A stretch of DNA of 64,000 nucleotides from Nitrososphaerales archaeon (GCA_965197925.1 CBDAOC010000017.1:32001-96000), one strand, 5' to 3'; positions 20,055 through 33,149 are shown, counted from the first letter of the stretch. Translations and numbers: made by a program. The notes: a model not told the origin generated them from the sequence alone.

Positions 20055-20846
20055 TCAAATGGGCTTGCTTACTTCTCTTGTGAACATATATGCTGCAAGC
20101 ACTGTCATAGTTGTAACGAAGCCAATCAAAACTGAAATATTTACGAATAAATCAATGTTTGAAATAGTATGTCCAATAATAAACATCCTTACGAGCCCTA
20201 TCGAGTGGGTTAGGGGATTTAGCTGTACTATCAATGCCAACCAATCAGGCATTAACTCTAACGGGAATAATGCAGTGCTTAGCATAAATAATGGCATGCC
20301 AAGAAAGTTCATCATGGCCCAAAAGGCTTCCTGCGATTTGGCAAGCACTGCTGCAATCAATGATATACCAGCCAAACCCATAGAGAAAAAAATTATCACA
20401 AGCATAGCCGGCAGTAGGGCTATAGGGTTTTCCAATCGTACGCCCAAAGTCATTGCTATGGCAACTATTATTGATGCCTGAATAGCTGATATTATTGAAA
20501 TTCCAAACATTTTTCCCACTGCTATTGAGGTTCTTGAAATCGGCGTGGTCAATAATTTGCTCATATATCCAAACCTCCTGTCCCAAAGCGTTGTAGCACC
20601 TCCGAAAATGCTACTGAATATTGCGGTCAGCATTATAATACCTGGAGTTATATATTCAATATAAGAACCCGCATAACCAGTAGTATTAAGTAACTTCTGT
20701 GTTCCTGCAAATGTGCTTCCTATTAAGATTAGCCAAGCAGCCGGCTGCAATATTCTTATTGTCATCCCAATCCTAGATCTACTATACCTCTTCAACTCGC
20801 GCCAAAAGACCCAATAAGCATCTAAAATCGATACTAACATACCATC
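20055..20846 (-). CDS. ABC-2 type transporter permease
   Basis: YITPGII, DRRFGY..KLLTTPISR and NPLTH motifs; six TM segments; likely start near 20846, overlapping the ATPase stop. Confidence 0.88.
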   Translation of the reverse strand, partial: DGMLVSILDAYWVFWRELKRYSRSRIGMTIRILQPAAWLILIGSTFAGTQKLLNTTGYAGSYIEYITPGIIMLTAIFSSIFGGATTLWDRRFGYMSKLLTTPISRTSIAVGKMFGISIISAIQASIIVAIAMTLGVRLENPIALLPAMLVIIFFSMGLAGISLIAAVLAKSQEAFWAMMNFLGMPLFMLSTALFPLELMPDWLALIVQLNPLTHSIGLVRMFIIGHTISNIDLFVNISVLIGFVTTMTVLAAYMFTREVSKPI

Positions 20847-21864
20847 ATGCCCTTGCCCTCCTGAATCGCTCGGCCATCTGCATCCCAGTCCAAGCTGTTC
20901 CATCCTCGTCACGCAAACCCTTTCCAGTATAGGCCAAGAATACATCTTCCAGTGAAGGTTCCTTGAGTGAAATAGATGATATATTTATGCTCATTGCATC
21001 CGAAAGCTTGAATATTCTAGGGATCAACCTCTCCCCTCCCTTTGTAGAAACGATCAGATGATGATCCGTATTTGTAACGTTATCTATTTCCTTTAATCTT
21101 TTGATTTCACTAACAAATTTATCAAAATTTTCATTGTTCTTATTATTATTATGATCAAATTTCAAAACTATCACTTCCTGCCCAATCTTCTGTTTGAGCT
21201 CATTAAGATCTCCTGAAACTCTTATTTTACCATGATCTATAATGGCTATTCTACTGCACAGTTCGTCAGCTTCTTCCATATAATGCGTTGTGAGAAATAT
21301 AGTGATCTTATATTCCTTATTTATTTTATTAATGTAGTCCCAGATTCTGTGGCGTGTATGAATGTCCAGGCCCAACGTTGGTTCATCAAGGAATAGCACC
21401 TTCGGCTTGTTAACCAGTCCCCCCGCAATGTCCAAACGCTTCCTCATACCACCCGAGTAGGTACCAACTATATCATTCGCTCGACCTTTAAGTTCCACCA
21501 AATCCAAGGCTTCATCAATACTTTCATTCAGAAGATTTCTTGGCATATGATTTAATCTAGCCTGAAGTATCAAATTTTCCCTTCCAGTTAGATATTCATC
21601 AACTGCAATATCTTGTGATACGTATCCTATGTTGGCTCTGACCTTGCTTGCCTGCTTGGTTACATCGTATCCTGATACCAAAGCTCTTCCAGATGTCGGC
21701 TTCAGCAATGTCGTTAGAATCATTATGACTGTTGTCTTTCCCGCTCCATTTGGGCCAAGAAACCCGAATATTTCACCTTCTTCGACGCTGAAAGAAATAC
21801 CATCCAAGGCAGTAGCTCCATTTGCGTATGCCTTTGTTACTCGCTCAACTAGAACAGACACCAT
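20845..21864 (-). CDS. ABC transporter ATP-binding protein (DrrA-like)
   Basis: GPNGAGKT, YSGGMRKR, LFLDEPT and TTHYMEEA motifs. Confidence 0.95.
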   Translation of the reverse strand: MVSVLVERVTKAYANGATALDGISFSVEEGEIFGFLGPNGAGKTTVIMILTTLLKPTSGRALVSGYDVTKQASKVRANIGYVSQDIAVDEYLTGRENLILQARLNHMPRNLLNESIDEALDLVELKGRANDIVGTYSGGMRKRLDIAGGLVNKPKVLFLDEPTLGLDIHTRHRIWDYINKINKEYKITIFLTTHYMEEADELCSRIAIIDHGKIRVSGDLNELKQKIGQEVIVLKFDHNNNKNNENFDKFVSEIKRLKEIDNVTNTDHHLIVSTKGGERLIPRIFKLSDAMSINISSISLKEPSLEDVFLAYTGKGLRDEDGTAWTGMQMAERFRRARA

Positions 21865-23460
21865 CTTTTTTCTGTAACTATTTCTATTGTTATCTATAAA
21901 TTGTTAAGTTTTACTCTTACCATATTATTAATACTCAAAATGATGCTTACTTTTTATCAAGATAACCAATTACCATGCCTTAATCTCGTTGACCATATTT
22001 ATAGAATTATAGTAGCAAGATAATTAGAACATACGTTCTAATGAGGAAAGGTAGAACTTCCCTTAAAAGATACATTTCTCTATATTTAATTCAGATCTAC
22101 GCCAAACAATAAATGGTGTTCATCGAGATCCAGATCTTTTGCATATATTCCATGTAATACAGATTTTATAAAAAATTCGATGTATGTTATACATTACCAA
22201 AAGTCTCTTGATCTACGAGCTTTTTGTATCTAATATAATATGTTTCACGAACTCTGAATTGAATCTCCCGGTCTGTGATAGTCCAATTCACCATTTTGTT
22301 CATTCATCATCTCAAGATTACAGTTGTATTGTACCATTAAATCTGAAATGCCTGAATAGATAGCTGCTGAAAGAAGTGTCCGTTGACATCAATTTACCGA
22401 CCTCTGATATTATTGAATATTCATTTATACATGTTCCTTGGCTAATATTGAATTTACAGATTGAACTCGTAAATAGATATGAATCCTTACAACATTGATT
22501 ATTACATTGGAGATTGAATTATAGGAGAATGAATTGACAAAGTCAGTACAAGAACATAAGAATAACGTAATAGTTAAGGATTCAAACGGACAGATCTTTA
22601 CAAAACCTGATGGTAAAGCCTCGGGAGGACCATGTGCTCTCATCCCCAAAATCTAGTATTACAATAGAATAATTCCTAGAGTAGTGGGCCAATAAAGTGG
22701 GTTGCATTACCCCGAATGCCAAAATTGATATCAATGTTCTCATTGCTAAAATTTTAGTACTCGATTCATTAACAATTTTTTTAAACAGAAATTGCTTGTG
22801 TGTTAACAGCTAAAATTGATATAAGAGCTCAAGATACAGTTACTATAACATTAGAATTGAAGAACTGAAAACTAAGAGAGCTTAATATATTCTATATTAT
22901 ACCAATGAAGTTGATTCATATGCAGTAGAATTACTTAATCTACAAGGCAGAGTTCTTAGAGATGTTGAAAGTATAACCTATTTTACAACATTAGTGGCAG
23001 AAAGGAGGGATAAGACATTTGTCTGGGAAATATATATTTTATACAGATCACGCGTTCATTAGCTTTAGATTTTTTATATTTGTTAAATTGTGAATCAAAA
23101 AGTTCTGCTCTATGATATAGTTATCATCACAATTTCATTATTAGGCGTCTGATAATTCTGGTCTATAAATCAAGACAGCTATGCTCAGGTATCAACATAA
23201 GAATAACACAACCTAATGAAAATGTATTAACATATACTTGCTTTTAGATTAGGAGGATCTAGTATTTATGACATAAAATATTAGAATCTCCTTTTGTATA
23301 AAGTATAGGAATTTAGTTGTTGTAACATCCTTCACACAACAATTAAAACCACAGGGTTATTTACGACAATAGTAGAATCATCCTATCAAATTTTCATTAT
23401 GTGGATTATTCTGGATATCTTAAAAGTTTTAGGAAGAATCAAATGAATTATGGTTTCAAG

Positions 23461-24819
23461 TTATGATTCTACTGTGATAAGTTTTCGTACTATATACAGG
23501 TTTTTCTGTTCAGCATCCATCTGTTTTCCAGTTATTTTCCAAACTCCAACAGCATCTGAACCCGTAAGTGGATATGAGAAGGTTAAGACACCATCTTTAT
23601 CACTACTTAAACGACCACCATCTAATTGACCGTTAGGACCTTGAATTACATAATCCAATAAAGAATTAGGTCTTGCACCTATTATAGTGATCTGGGTAGT
23701 ATCTCCGGCTTTATAATTTTCTTTGTCAGTAGTTAGCTTCAGAGGACCAGGGTCTTCACCAGGTTCTCCATTGGTTGCTTGACCAGAACCACTACCCTCA
23801 GAACCGTTACCAGAACCCATTACTGTAAATACAGCCGTAGTTGTGTGTGGTACCTGTTTTGCAGTTATCACATATCTTCCATCAATGGCATTACTAGGAA
23901 GGGGGCAGGTAGTATTCCAAAGAAGAGATTCAGTGTTAACTCCTGGATTTTGACCACATATTATATGCCCTTTGGGATCAACTATCGATAATGATACCGG
24001 CCTTTCAAGCACAGCCGAACCTGTTAATCTAACCAAATCTCCAGCCCTATATTCTTCCCTATCTGATCTTACTACAAGTTTACCTCCTTCAAGTGGAGGC
24101 AACGAACCTTCGGGTACCTCAACTAAGAATTGAATTACTGATGATTGGTTAGTTGCATCCACACCCCTTATTAGATGTAATCCAATACTAACATCATTTG
24201 GAATAATAAAAAATGTACTGAACGTACCCAAGTTATCTGTTATTACAGCTGCAACCTCCAACTGATCAAAGTATATTTTAATCTGTGAATTGGTTTCATA
24301 TCCCTTACCATTTACCTCTACCTGATCCCCCCGAAATGCCTTCACTTCATTCACATTAACTTCCGGTTTAGATGGCTGTGGAAATATAACATCCTTGGGT
24401 GGTTCTCTAATCTTGATCTTTGTCACCTGGCCATTTTGAAGCATGTTACCATTGTTATCATTTACACTCCACTCAAATGCCGATGATGCAGGATCAGAGA
24501 CCTTAATAATCAATATAGCTCTTCCTCCAGGGCCTAAATCAGATCTCGTTGCTGTGAATGTCATTGTATTGCCGTTCCTATCACCTTCCCAACCTCTAGC
24601 TATTGCAACAATAGGTTTACCTTCTGTGAACGTGATTTCGAAATCATGAATAGAATGAGTGCTTTTAGATGAGTTAACCAATAATATCATTATTACTGAT
24701 TTTTTTCCTTTTGCCAAAACTCTTGCAGAAAACAAATCTTCTTGTGCTAATGCACTCGCTGTCACATTGAAAATCAGTACTATTGCAAGTGTAACTGCTA
24801 ATACTGCTTTGCTTTGCAC
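23461..24819 (-). CDS. Large secreted or surface protein with Ig-like repeats
   Basis: Signal peptide; repeated SDREEYRAGD / TDKENYKAGD beta-sandwich starts; Gly/Ser linker. Confidence 0.8.
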   Translation of the reverse strand: MQSKAVLAVTLAIVLIFNVTASALAQEDLFSARVLAKGKKSVIMILLVNSSKSTHSIHDFEITFTEGKPIVAIARGWEGDRNGNTMTFTATRSDLGPGGRAILIIKVSDPASSAFEWSVNDNNGNMLQNGQVTKIKIREPPKDVIFPQPSKPEVNVNEVKAFRGDQVEVNGKGYETNSQIKIYFDQLEVAAVITDNLGTFSTFFIIPNDVSIGLHLIRGVDATNQSSVIQFLVEVPEGSLPPLEGGKLVVRSDREEYRAGDLVRLTGSAVLERPVSLSIVDPKGHIICGQNPGVNTESLLWNTTCPLPSNAIDGRYVITAKQVPHTTTAVFTVMGSGNGSEGSGSGQATNGEPGEDPGPLKLTTDKENYKAGDTTQITIIGARPNSLLDYVIQGPNGQLDGGRLSSDKDGVLTFSYPLTGSDAVGVWKITGKQMDAEQKNLYIVRKLITVES

Positions 24820-26191
24820 AAAATTTGTAAACAGATGATTCTTTTATTTGTTATGTTTACCTTTTAGTACACAGTAGTTACACTAATCTTGAGAATTCCA
24901 CTTCACCTGATAGAGCCTGATTAATATAATGTATGATATACTTTTCAATTCCATCCCGCTAGGCTCACAGAAGTTATGAATATGAGAGGTTAAATGACAA
25001 TTGGACTTGCGCGGAGTGCATTAGTTAGCTTTATCTAATGCTAGGATAGTAGAAAATAATTTCTAGAATTGTATAATTACTTGGTGTGGCCATAAAACTC
25101 TTGAAATATTGATTATCTCGGTTATAGTCTGACTTGAATCTATAGCTATTTTATAACCACTATATCGTGGCCGAATGATATCGGGGTCCATAAAAATTGA
25201 GCAATTTTAAGTCTCCAAATTCCCTCAGTTGTGAAATCTGATAGAGGGTGAGACAATTGGGCCTGGAATTGGGCCTGGACCTTTGGCTATAGTTTTACTC
25301 AAAAAACCAGTGTTGATCGTTATACTTAAGCAATATGGTATAGAGATAGTAACGCACAGAAGACCGTGTTCAAAAAGCCATTCTTGGACTGGGTATATAT
25401 TGACGGAATAAGTGTTGGAATCCATTGGCAAGATCTAATCCATCCTGTCAGCCTCCTCCACTTGAGCTAAAAATTAATCTGTTGTAGTTGGAAACTAGGA
25501 TTGATGACTGGAAAGATTTTCTATTTTCTCTGATATTTTGCCTTTATGCAATGCAACATTACAAATGTGAAGTTCAATATCACTGATATTACAATTGAAG
25601 ATGAAAAAGGAAGACACCAATTTCCTCCAAAATACTCTGTTTAGGTATCTTTTATCAATTGATGATAAGCACTCTAAACTTGGCAATGGGAACCACTAAT
25701 GAATGTGCTAGGAGCAATCACATAACGATAATATCAATCATTGCAATCCTTAATGTTCAAGATATTCTCTTATCACATTGGTTTAATCACGGTCGATCAT
25801 TCCCTAATTTTAGACGATGCGTGGGCTGAAGAAGCAAATCCAAGTAAGTACTTCGATCTTGATAATGTGGAATTTGTAATGTTAGAGTGTAATACAATTT
25901 TGGTAGTTTATATTTATAGAATGGTCACTTGGGGTGGCAGATAGTACAGTATATATTGAATTTGGTGCACATTAAAATAGTTGTGAGATATTTGACTTTA
26001 CTCGGTCTTTCCTAATTCTAATAATTAGGTAAAATTCATCTTCCCGCGTGCCACACCAATTATAAGATTCCTGGTTTTTATGACTTTAGGATTGCCTATA
26101 TTGGTGACAATGTCTCTTAAAGTCTATATATCTAGTTTCGAACAGAGAGACTACAATAGCACTTATATATTTGAGAAAGTAAATCTGTTAA

Positions 26192-26530
26192 ATGGTAGCA
26201 GGACAAGATTTCTTTACTACAGCATTAACCAAACTGCCGGATAGCATGGTATTGAGATTAGTACATTACATTGATGATGGTAATAAATTTGAACATGCAT
26301 TTGATACTGATGGAAAACAAACTGGCTGTATTCTTAGGATAGTGACAAGGACATTTCATGACAAGTATGGAATTGACTATGAATCTGTTAGAAAGTACAC
26401 TCAACCTAGTGATCTATACCATTTCAATGACGAGTACCATGATAAACAGATTCTATATTCTCTGATTCTTAGAGAAGCGGAAAGACGCGGGTTTAATTCA
26501 ATTCCTGAAACATTAGTCCAGGTTGTTTAG
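26192..26530 (+). CDS. Hypothetical protein
   Basis: 112-aa ORF preceded by TTATATA about 25 bp upstream. Confidence 0.7.
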   Translation: MVAGQDFFTTALTKLPDSMVLRLVHYIDDGNKFEHAFDTDGKQTGCILRIVTRTFHDKYGIDYESVRKYTQPSDLYHFNDEYHDKQILYSLILREAERRGFNSIPETLVQVV

Positions 26531-26564
26531 CTGTTGGAATAGTTATAGCATCAGATAAATAATT

Positions 26565-28523
26565 GAGGCTTGGGCCTAATTTAGTTCGAAACGATAAGAT
26601 CAGGTTCCAGTTTTCATTATTGATATGTTTAATTCAGACTTGATACTTCTTCGTATATTATTTTTGATTGATTTAATTCAGACAAACCTCTTAAGAAGAG
26701 AGGTAAACCCTACTACTATTCTCCTACAGTAATGGTGAGATGCTTCTTCTTTAGAGTTTGGCTAAGAATATCAAGCAACAATGTGTTACATCATTGCTTT
26801 TCGATAGATATGCAATACAACAGGAGAGTTATGAAATCATGTGGTTTGGAGAGTCCCATACAGGAGAACTTTCGACAGAAGGTTCAAGACCATATCAATT
26901 GACATAAGATCAAGGATAGGTGCTATGGGTGTGCTCTTCATAAAAGATGGATTGGTAGACCCATTAGTATCCGTTGACAGTTCATTGTTGAAAGCAAAAG
27001 GACATGTATGGCTAAGATTAAACATGAAGAATGAAGTACCACGTTCAGGTATAGATTCAGATGCAAAATGGGGATTCAGTAGAACCAAGGGATGAATATT
27101 CAGATACAAGATGCATGTAGCCTGCAGTACAGGCTCATTAATTGTACCATTGTCTGCTGACCTAACTGCAGCAAATATTTCTGATATAACGAAGTCATCC
27201 CAATACTCTCCAATACATCATAATCGACGAAATGATAACAAATGCCAGATAGTTTTGTGCATTCTTCTCATATCTGATCCTGGTTCTGTGGAACCCATTC
27301 TTCAACCAGGCAAAGAATCTCTCCACAACATAGCGCGTCTTGCCGTATAGGTATTGTTCTGTATTATCATTTTGTTGTTGTGTCTTACTGTTTTTTCTGT
27401 AAGGCATGCAGTCAGAGATTTTTCTTTTGGTGAGGTATTTCCTGATGAATTCTGCATCATAGCCCTTGTCTGCTTGGCACCGCGCAATTTTTCTGATAGA
27501 TCTCTCATCCAGATATTGTGAGATGCCATCCATCACGTCTACAAATCTTGCAGAGTCATGCTGATTTGCAGGACCCATCACTACTGAGACTGGCAGTCCG
27601 TTTTGTTCCACCGCAACGTGTATTTTTGTGCCTGAAATCCTGTTGAATCCGTTGTATCCTATGACGCTTCCCCTTTTTTGGCCGGAATTGATGACGAATC
27701 GACCGTTTTTTGCAGCTGCATCTTGCCTGATCTGTGGGCTGATTTGACTGCAGCGGAGAGGATATTCTTCCATATTCCACGTCGCTGCCAGTTCTGCAGT
27801 CTGCGGTGCGCAGTTGATTTGGAGCCGTACCTTTGTGACATCCCAGTCCACCTGCATCCTGTTATCCCGACAAACAGGATTCCGTTGACTGTCTTTCTGT
27901 CGTCTGCCCTTGGCCTTCCGGTTCTGGCTGGCTTGGGGAGATGCGGTGATATCATCTTCCATTGTTCACCTGTTATCTCCTGAAATTTCATGATCTGCTA
28001 CGGGCAGCATTGCAAATAGATCCAAATGATCGTCAATTATTCACTAAATGATCAGTTTTGGGATCAGTTGAACATGTATGAGAGTATAACAGCATCAGTA
28101 CCAGGAAGGGATTAGATACATTGTGGGAGATGAGGGATATGATGATCATGAGTTATTTGATTTCAGCAGGTATAGAGGGCATTTACTAGTATTCCCATTG
28201 GAAAGGTACAAGCATACCACAGATAATAATAGACTGGCATTGCTGCAGTTCTATAACTGTACGGACAGTATGTATATTCTCGGAGAAGCATAAGTGTTGA
28301 ACCATTGATAGAGCACATGAAGGATGTGTTTGCCATAGATCCATTGCCAGTTAGAGGATTTGATAAGGTAAGGAGTATAGTGTTGTTATCAGTATTGTTG
28401 TATCAGGTAATGGTTTACTACAACTACTTGACAGGAAGGCCTCTTAGGGCATTGAAGTATATGTTGGGAAGCTAATAGTAATAATTTCAAAATAATATTA
28501 TAATTGAATTATGCCCAAGTCTC
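26565..28523 (+). mobile_element. IS family C copy, inactivated, with a nested family B IS
   Basis: TIR GAGGCTTGGGC ... GCCCAAGTCTC; homologous to 18021-19186; TGA at 27093-27095. Confidence 0.88.
27191..28070 (-). mobile_element. IS family B, intact orfB, nested in family C
   Basis: 880 bp, same TIRs as other family B copies; flanked by AAC on both sides. Confidence 0.92.
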
Positions 28524-28525
28524 AA

Positions 28526-28762
28526 CTAAATGCCTTCTTTCCAGAACATACTACTTTGCTTTTCACAAACTTCATATATCTTACAATATTGTCTTTGCAA
28601 TTTATTGACGTCATAATCGGATAAGAATTTCATAGTACCTTTTGAATCGACCATTCGCCAGATCATGATAGCAAGAGTCAAACCTGAAAATTTAATGCTT
28701 ATGTTCTTCAAATTATTAGTCACAAATACTAGCTCAAAGTTAGGTAATTTGGTAGAGTTCAT
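28526..28762 (-). pseudogene. Probable gene remnant between two IS copies
   Basis: 78-aa ORF with no recognised motif. Confidence 0.3.
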
Positions 28763-28877
28763 GATAGTTCTTGAAATAGCGAATCAATCTTATTGAAAAT
28801 TGCGGCTATGTAGAAACCATAGATTTTAGCCCCATTGTACATAGAAGTACGCCTGGAGATCAGTCTGTTAGATACCT

Positions 28878-29956
28878 GAGGACATGGGCATAATTCCATA
28901 ACAAAAATAACTTGATGCATCTAATTGATTAACTTCCAAGCATGTGCTCCAATGCCCTTAATGGATTTCGTGTAGATGATTGTAGTACTATTACCTGATA
29001 CAACAATACTGATAACAACACTATACTCCTTACCTTATCGAACCCTCTAACAGGTAGTGGGTCTATATCAAATACATCCTTTATCTGCTCTATCAATGGT
29101 TCAACACTTATGCTTCTCCGAGAATATACATACTGTCCGTACAGTTATAGAACTGCAGCAATGCCAGTCTATTATTATCTGTGGTATGCTTGTACCTTTC
29201 CAATGGGAATACTAGTAAATGCCCTCTATACCTGCTGAAATCAAATAACTCATGATCATCATATCCCTCATCTCCCACAATGTATCTAATCCCTTCCTGG
29301 TACTGATGCTGTTATACTCTCATACATGTTATTATCAGAAATATTTGCTGCAGTTAGGTCAGCAGACAATGGTACAATTAATGAGCCTGTACTGCAGGCT
29401 ACATGCATCTTGTATCTGAATATTCATCCCTTGGTTCTACTGAATCCCCATTTTGCATCTGAATCTATACCTGAACGTGGTACTTCATTCTTCATGTTTA
29501 ATCTTAGCCATACATGTCCTTTTGCTTTCAACAATGAACTGTCAACGGATACTAATGGGTCTACCAATCCATCTTTTATGAAGAGCACACCCATAGCACC
29601 TATCCTTGATCTTATGTCAATTGATATGGTCTTGAACCTTCTGTCGAAAGTTCTTTTATCTGGCAACCTATCAAGACCACATGCCTTCATTACCTTCCTG
29701 TTGTATTGCATATCTATCGAAAAGCAATGATGTAACACATTGTTGCTTGATATTCTTAGCCAAACTCTAAAGAAGAAGCATCTCACCATTACTGTAGGAG
29801 AATAGTAGTAGGGTTTACCTCTCTTCTTAAGAGGTTTGTCTGAATTAAATCAATCAAAAATAATATACGAAGAAGTATCAAGTCTGAATTAAACATATCA
29901 ATAATGAAAACTGGAACCTGATCTTATCGTTTCGAACTAAATTAGGCCCAAGCCTC
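28878..29956 (-). mobile_element. IS family C copy, inactivated, inverted relative to 26565
   Basis: TIRs GAGGACATGGGC and GCCCAAGCCTC; same TGA lesion (29424-29426) as the 26565 copy. Confidence 0.88.
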
Positions 29957-30213
29957 AATTAGTTAGGTGTGGAGAGCTTGCTAATAACTGACCCTAAAAG
30001 AATCATTATGTAATTGGGAATAATAGAACTAGAAATAAATCCTCGTAAATAATTACTGATGACACGCTTAATAACCAAAACAAATTAGGGTTCATTAAGA
30101 TAAAGATTTTATCTTCCGACATTCCATGCCTGTCCCCTACGGTTAGGATTATAAAAAAGTGAAAACGCCTGAAATCCCTACATATAATAAGGTTCTATTA
30201 TGATTATCAAGAG

Positions 30214-31173
30214 TTGGAAGAAAAGATTGTAAAAAATACCGGAGTATTTGAAAGGCAGAGTAGTGTTTTTGTAACTATTTTGCTTGTATCCCCAATAATC
30301 TATACCTTCGCTATAGCACCTGATACGTTTAATATGAGTTGGAATGAGGGTAGGGGTGGATTTCTTTTCGCACTTGCGTTCATAGGTGCTGAACTGATAG
30401 GTACAAAGTTCAAAATCAGCAAGAAACGATTCCTTGGAGTTTTACCTATTACTGCTGCTACTGTTGCTTACTTTACACTATTAGATTTTGGGTTGCGTTC
30501 TAGTATTATGGATGCAGCTTCTGCTTACAACATTAGATTAATCGATAGTTGGGTTTGGATGTGGGATTTCATTGTGATGGCTTTTTATGTAATCTTGTCA
30601 CTAACGGTCCTTTATGGAAAGAATTGGTTAAAAATTGCCCCTGCAGGACCAATTTATCTTTTTGGTAGCGCTGTCATTCTGTCACTTGATGCCTTCTTTC
30701 CTTACGATACCTTAGGTCCATTGCAGTTTTTTGTTCCTTACATGCTTCAAATGGATGCTTGGTTGATAAATTCTATGGGAATTGGTGAGGCGTTTGCAAG
30801 AGAGAATGTAATTTTACTTCAAGGTCAGCATGGTTCTATGGCATTACAGGTTTTCTGGCCGTCTGCAGGTGTACACAGCATGGTTATCTACAGTCTTGTG
30901 ATGATGGCTTTTCTATTAAAAATGAATATTCCACCAAAGAGAAAGATATTCTATTTTCTTATCGGTGCAACTGGAACTGTAATTGTTAACATGATACGAA
31001 TATTCTCACTTTCTCTATTCGCGTTGTTGATTAGTACAAATGTAGTGGAGTTCGAGGAATTCCATTCCATAGCTGGGGAAATAATGTTTCTACCATGGCT
31101 AGCTGCCTATCTATTCATCGTCATGCACCGCGAAGGTAAGCGATTAAAGGTAGCTACAAAGAAATCTAGTTGA
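30214..31173 (+). CDS. Thaumarchaeosortase (exosortase/archaeosortase family)
   Basis: Multi-TM protein; SWNEGRGG, VFWPSAGVHS (Ser at the catalytic Cys position), NMIRI and FHSIAGE motifs. Confidence 0.88.
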   Translation: MEEKIVKNTGVFERQSSVFVTILLVSPIIYTFAIAPDTFNMSWNEGRGGFLFALAFIGAELIGTKFKISKKRFLGVLPITAATVAYFTLLDFGLRSSIMDAASAYNIRLIDSWVWMWDFIVMAFYVILSLTVLYGKNWLKIAPAGPIYLFGSAVILSLDAFFPYDTLGPLQFFVPYMLQMDAWLINSMGIGEAFARENVILLQGQHGSMALQVFWPSAGVHSMVIYSLVMMAFLLKMNIPPKRKIFYFLIGATGTVIVNMIRIFSLSLFALLISTNVVEFEEFHSIAGEIMFLPWLAAYLFIVMHREGKRLKVATKKSS

Positions 31174-31434
31174 TTTGAAAAATTATATAATTATACATAA
31201 TATTGATGAAGGTCTTTATTATCTTGAAGTTGTTACTGATGTTGGAGATACTGAATGCTCATACAAGATCTATGGTGGTATTATCTTATAATGGATACTG
31301 GTAAAGTAGAGATCAAAACAGTTCATAATCATTACTAGTTGCTCAAATAATATTCTAAGGGCCACGTGATTGGGGGAAAATGACATCTCATCAAATCTAA
31401 CGAAACAACTCTAGGATATTTTGCATGAAATAGT

Positions 31435-32314
31435 GAAGTCATCCCAATACTCTCCAATACATCATAATCGACGAAATGATAACAAATGCCAGATAGTTTT
31501 GTGCATTCTTCTCATATCTGATCCTGGTTCTGTGGAACCCATTCTTCAACCAGGCAAAGAATCTCTCCACAACATAGCGCGTCTTGCCGTATAGGTATTG
31601 TTCTGTATTATCATTTTGTTGTTGTGTCTTACTGTTTTTTCTGTAAGGCATGCAGTCAGAGATTTTTCTTTTGGTGAGGTATTTCCTGATGAATTCTGCA
31701 TCATAGCCCTTGTCTGCTTGGCACCGCGCAATTTTTCTGATAGATCTCTCATCCAGATATTGTGAGATGCCATCCATCACGTCTACAAATCTTGCAGAGT
31801 CATGCTGATTTGCAGGACCCATCACTACTGAGACTGGCAGTCCGTTTTGTTCCACCGCAACGTGTATTTTTGTGCCTGAAATCCTGTTGAATCCGTTGTA
31901 TCCTATGACGCTTCCCCTTTTTTGGCCGGAACTGATGACGAATCGACCGTTTTTTGCAGCTGCATCTTGCCTGATCTGTGGGCTGATTTGACTGCAGCGG
32001 AGAGGATATTCTTCCATATTCCACGTCGCTGCCAGTTCTGCAGTCTGCGGTGCGCAGTTGATTTGGAGCCGTACCTTTGTGACATCCCAGTCCACCTGCA
32101 TCCTGTTATCCCGACAAACAGGATTCCGTTGACTGTCTTTCTGTCGTCTGCCCTTGGCCTTCCGGTTCTGGCTGGCTTGGGGAGATGCGGTGATATCATC
32201 TTCCATTGTTCACCTGTTATCTCCTGAAATTTCATGATCTGCTACGGGCAGCATTGCAAATAGATCCAAATGATCGTCAATTATTCACTAAATGATCAGT
32301 TTTGGGATCAGTTG
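31435..32314 (-). mobile_element. IS family B, intact orfB
   Basis: 880 bp, near-identical to 27191-28070. Confidence 0.92.
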
Positions 32315-32640
32315 ATAGAATAATAATGAAGTATAATCCTTCTTTGAAAAAAAGGGGTAAATTTTTTCTTGAATTAGAATGCGTTGATATCCCTACGTTA
32401 TTCTTCTATCTATTAACTAGGAAGATTACGCTTTACGACCTTTAAACACAGTTACCTTATGCCGTCACTAGTAGATTATGAGGCAACTCCTTTTCTTATA
32501 TAGAAGGTAAGGTGATTGTCTTGATAGACTTGATGCTTTATATTAGTACTTTCATCTGGAAATGGGGGATCCTCGTTTAGAAAGGAGTTGAAATAAAGCA
32601 ATAGGAGATTCTTTGGAATATAGTCAATTCAGACGCATGA

Positions 32641-33108
32641 ATGAAGTTTCTCGGTTTAACTCTACAATTTTTATTGAATGGTTTTCTTAATCCTTTAATG
32701 TCTGTGGATAATAAATATGGTTTGACACATTTGGGTTATGCCAATACTTCTCACCAAGAGTTACCATTCTTAATACACGCAAAGACATACGTGCCATACC
32801 TAATTGGGAGGTCTGGTCATACTATCATAGCAGTAGAGCTGAAAAAATTTGGCTGGAAGATAAAACTTTTAAAAAACAAAAACGAGTGTTATTTAATTGC
32901 TGGTAAGAATAAACAGAAATGGTTCATACGGATAATTACTACAGATACAAGAATGCTTGAAGCGTTTCGTAACGTAAGATTATACATCAACAAGGAACTT
33001 GAAATAATGGCCGATGAAAATGACGCACTTCCTGTAATAGCAATAGTCACATCTGACAGCGCCGTGTTCTTATCTTCCAAAACACTTGTAGGATTGTCAC
33101 TTGTATAA
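32641..33108 (+). CDS. Hypothetical protein, possibly a degenerate PD-(D/E)XK fold
   Basis: GRSGH...LKKFGW...YLIAGK...FIRI has Hjc-like spacing but lacks the acidic catalytic residues; start uncertain. Confidence 0.45.
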   Translation: MKFLGLTLQFLLNGFLNPLMSVDNKYGLTHLGYANTSHQELPFLIHAKTYVPYLIGRSGHTIIAVELKKFGWKIKLLKNKNECYLIAGKNKQKWFIRIITTDTRMLEAFRNVRLYINKELEIMADENDALPVIAIVTSDSAVFLSSKTLVGLSLV

Positions 33109-33149
33109 GAATGTGTCAGGAAAAGTGAATATGCTAGTGTTTATTATTA

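Noticed and set aside
25257..25280. Short tandem TTGGGCCTGGA x2
   Set aside because: Only two copies, consistent with Pro-Gly coding in a decayed gene.
30214..31173. Ser in place of the catalytic Cys in the sortase
   Set aside because: A known feature of the thaumarchaeosortase subfamily, so not novel.
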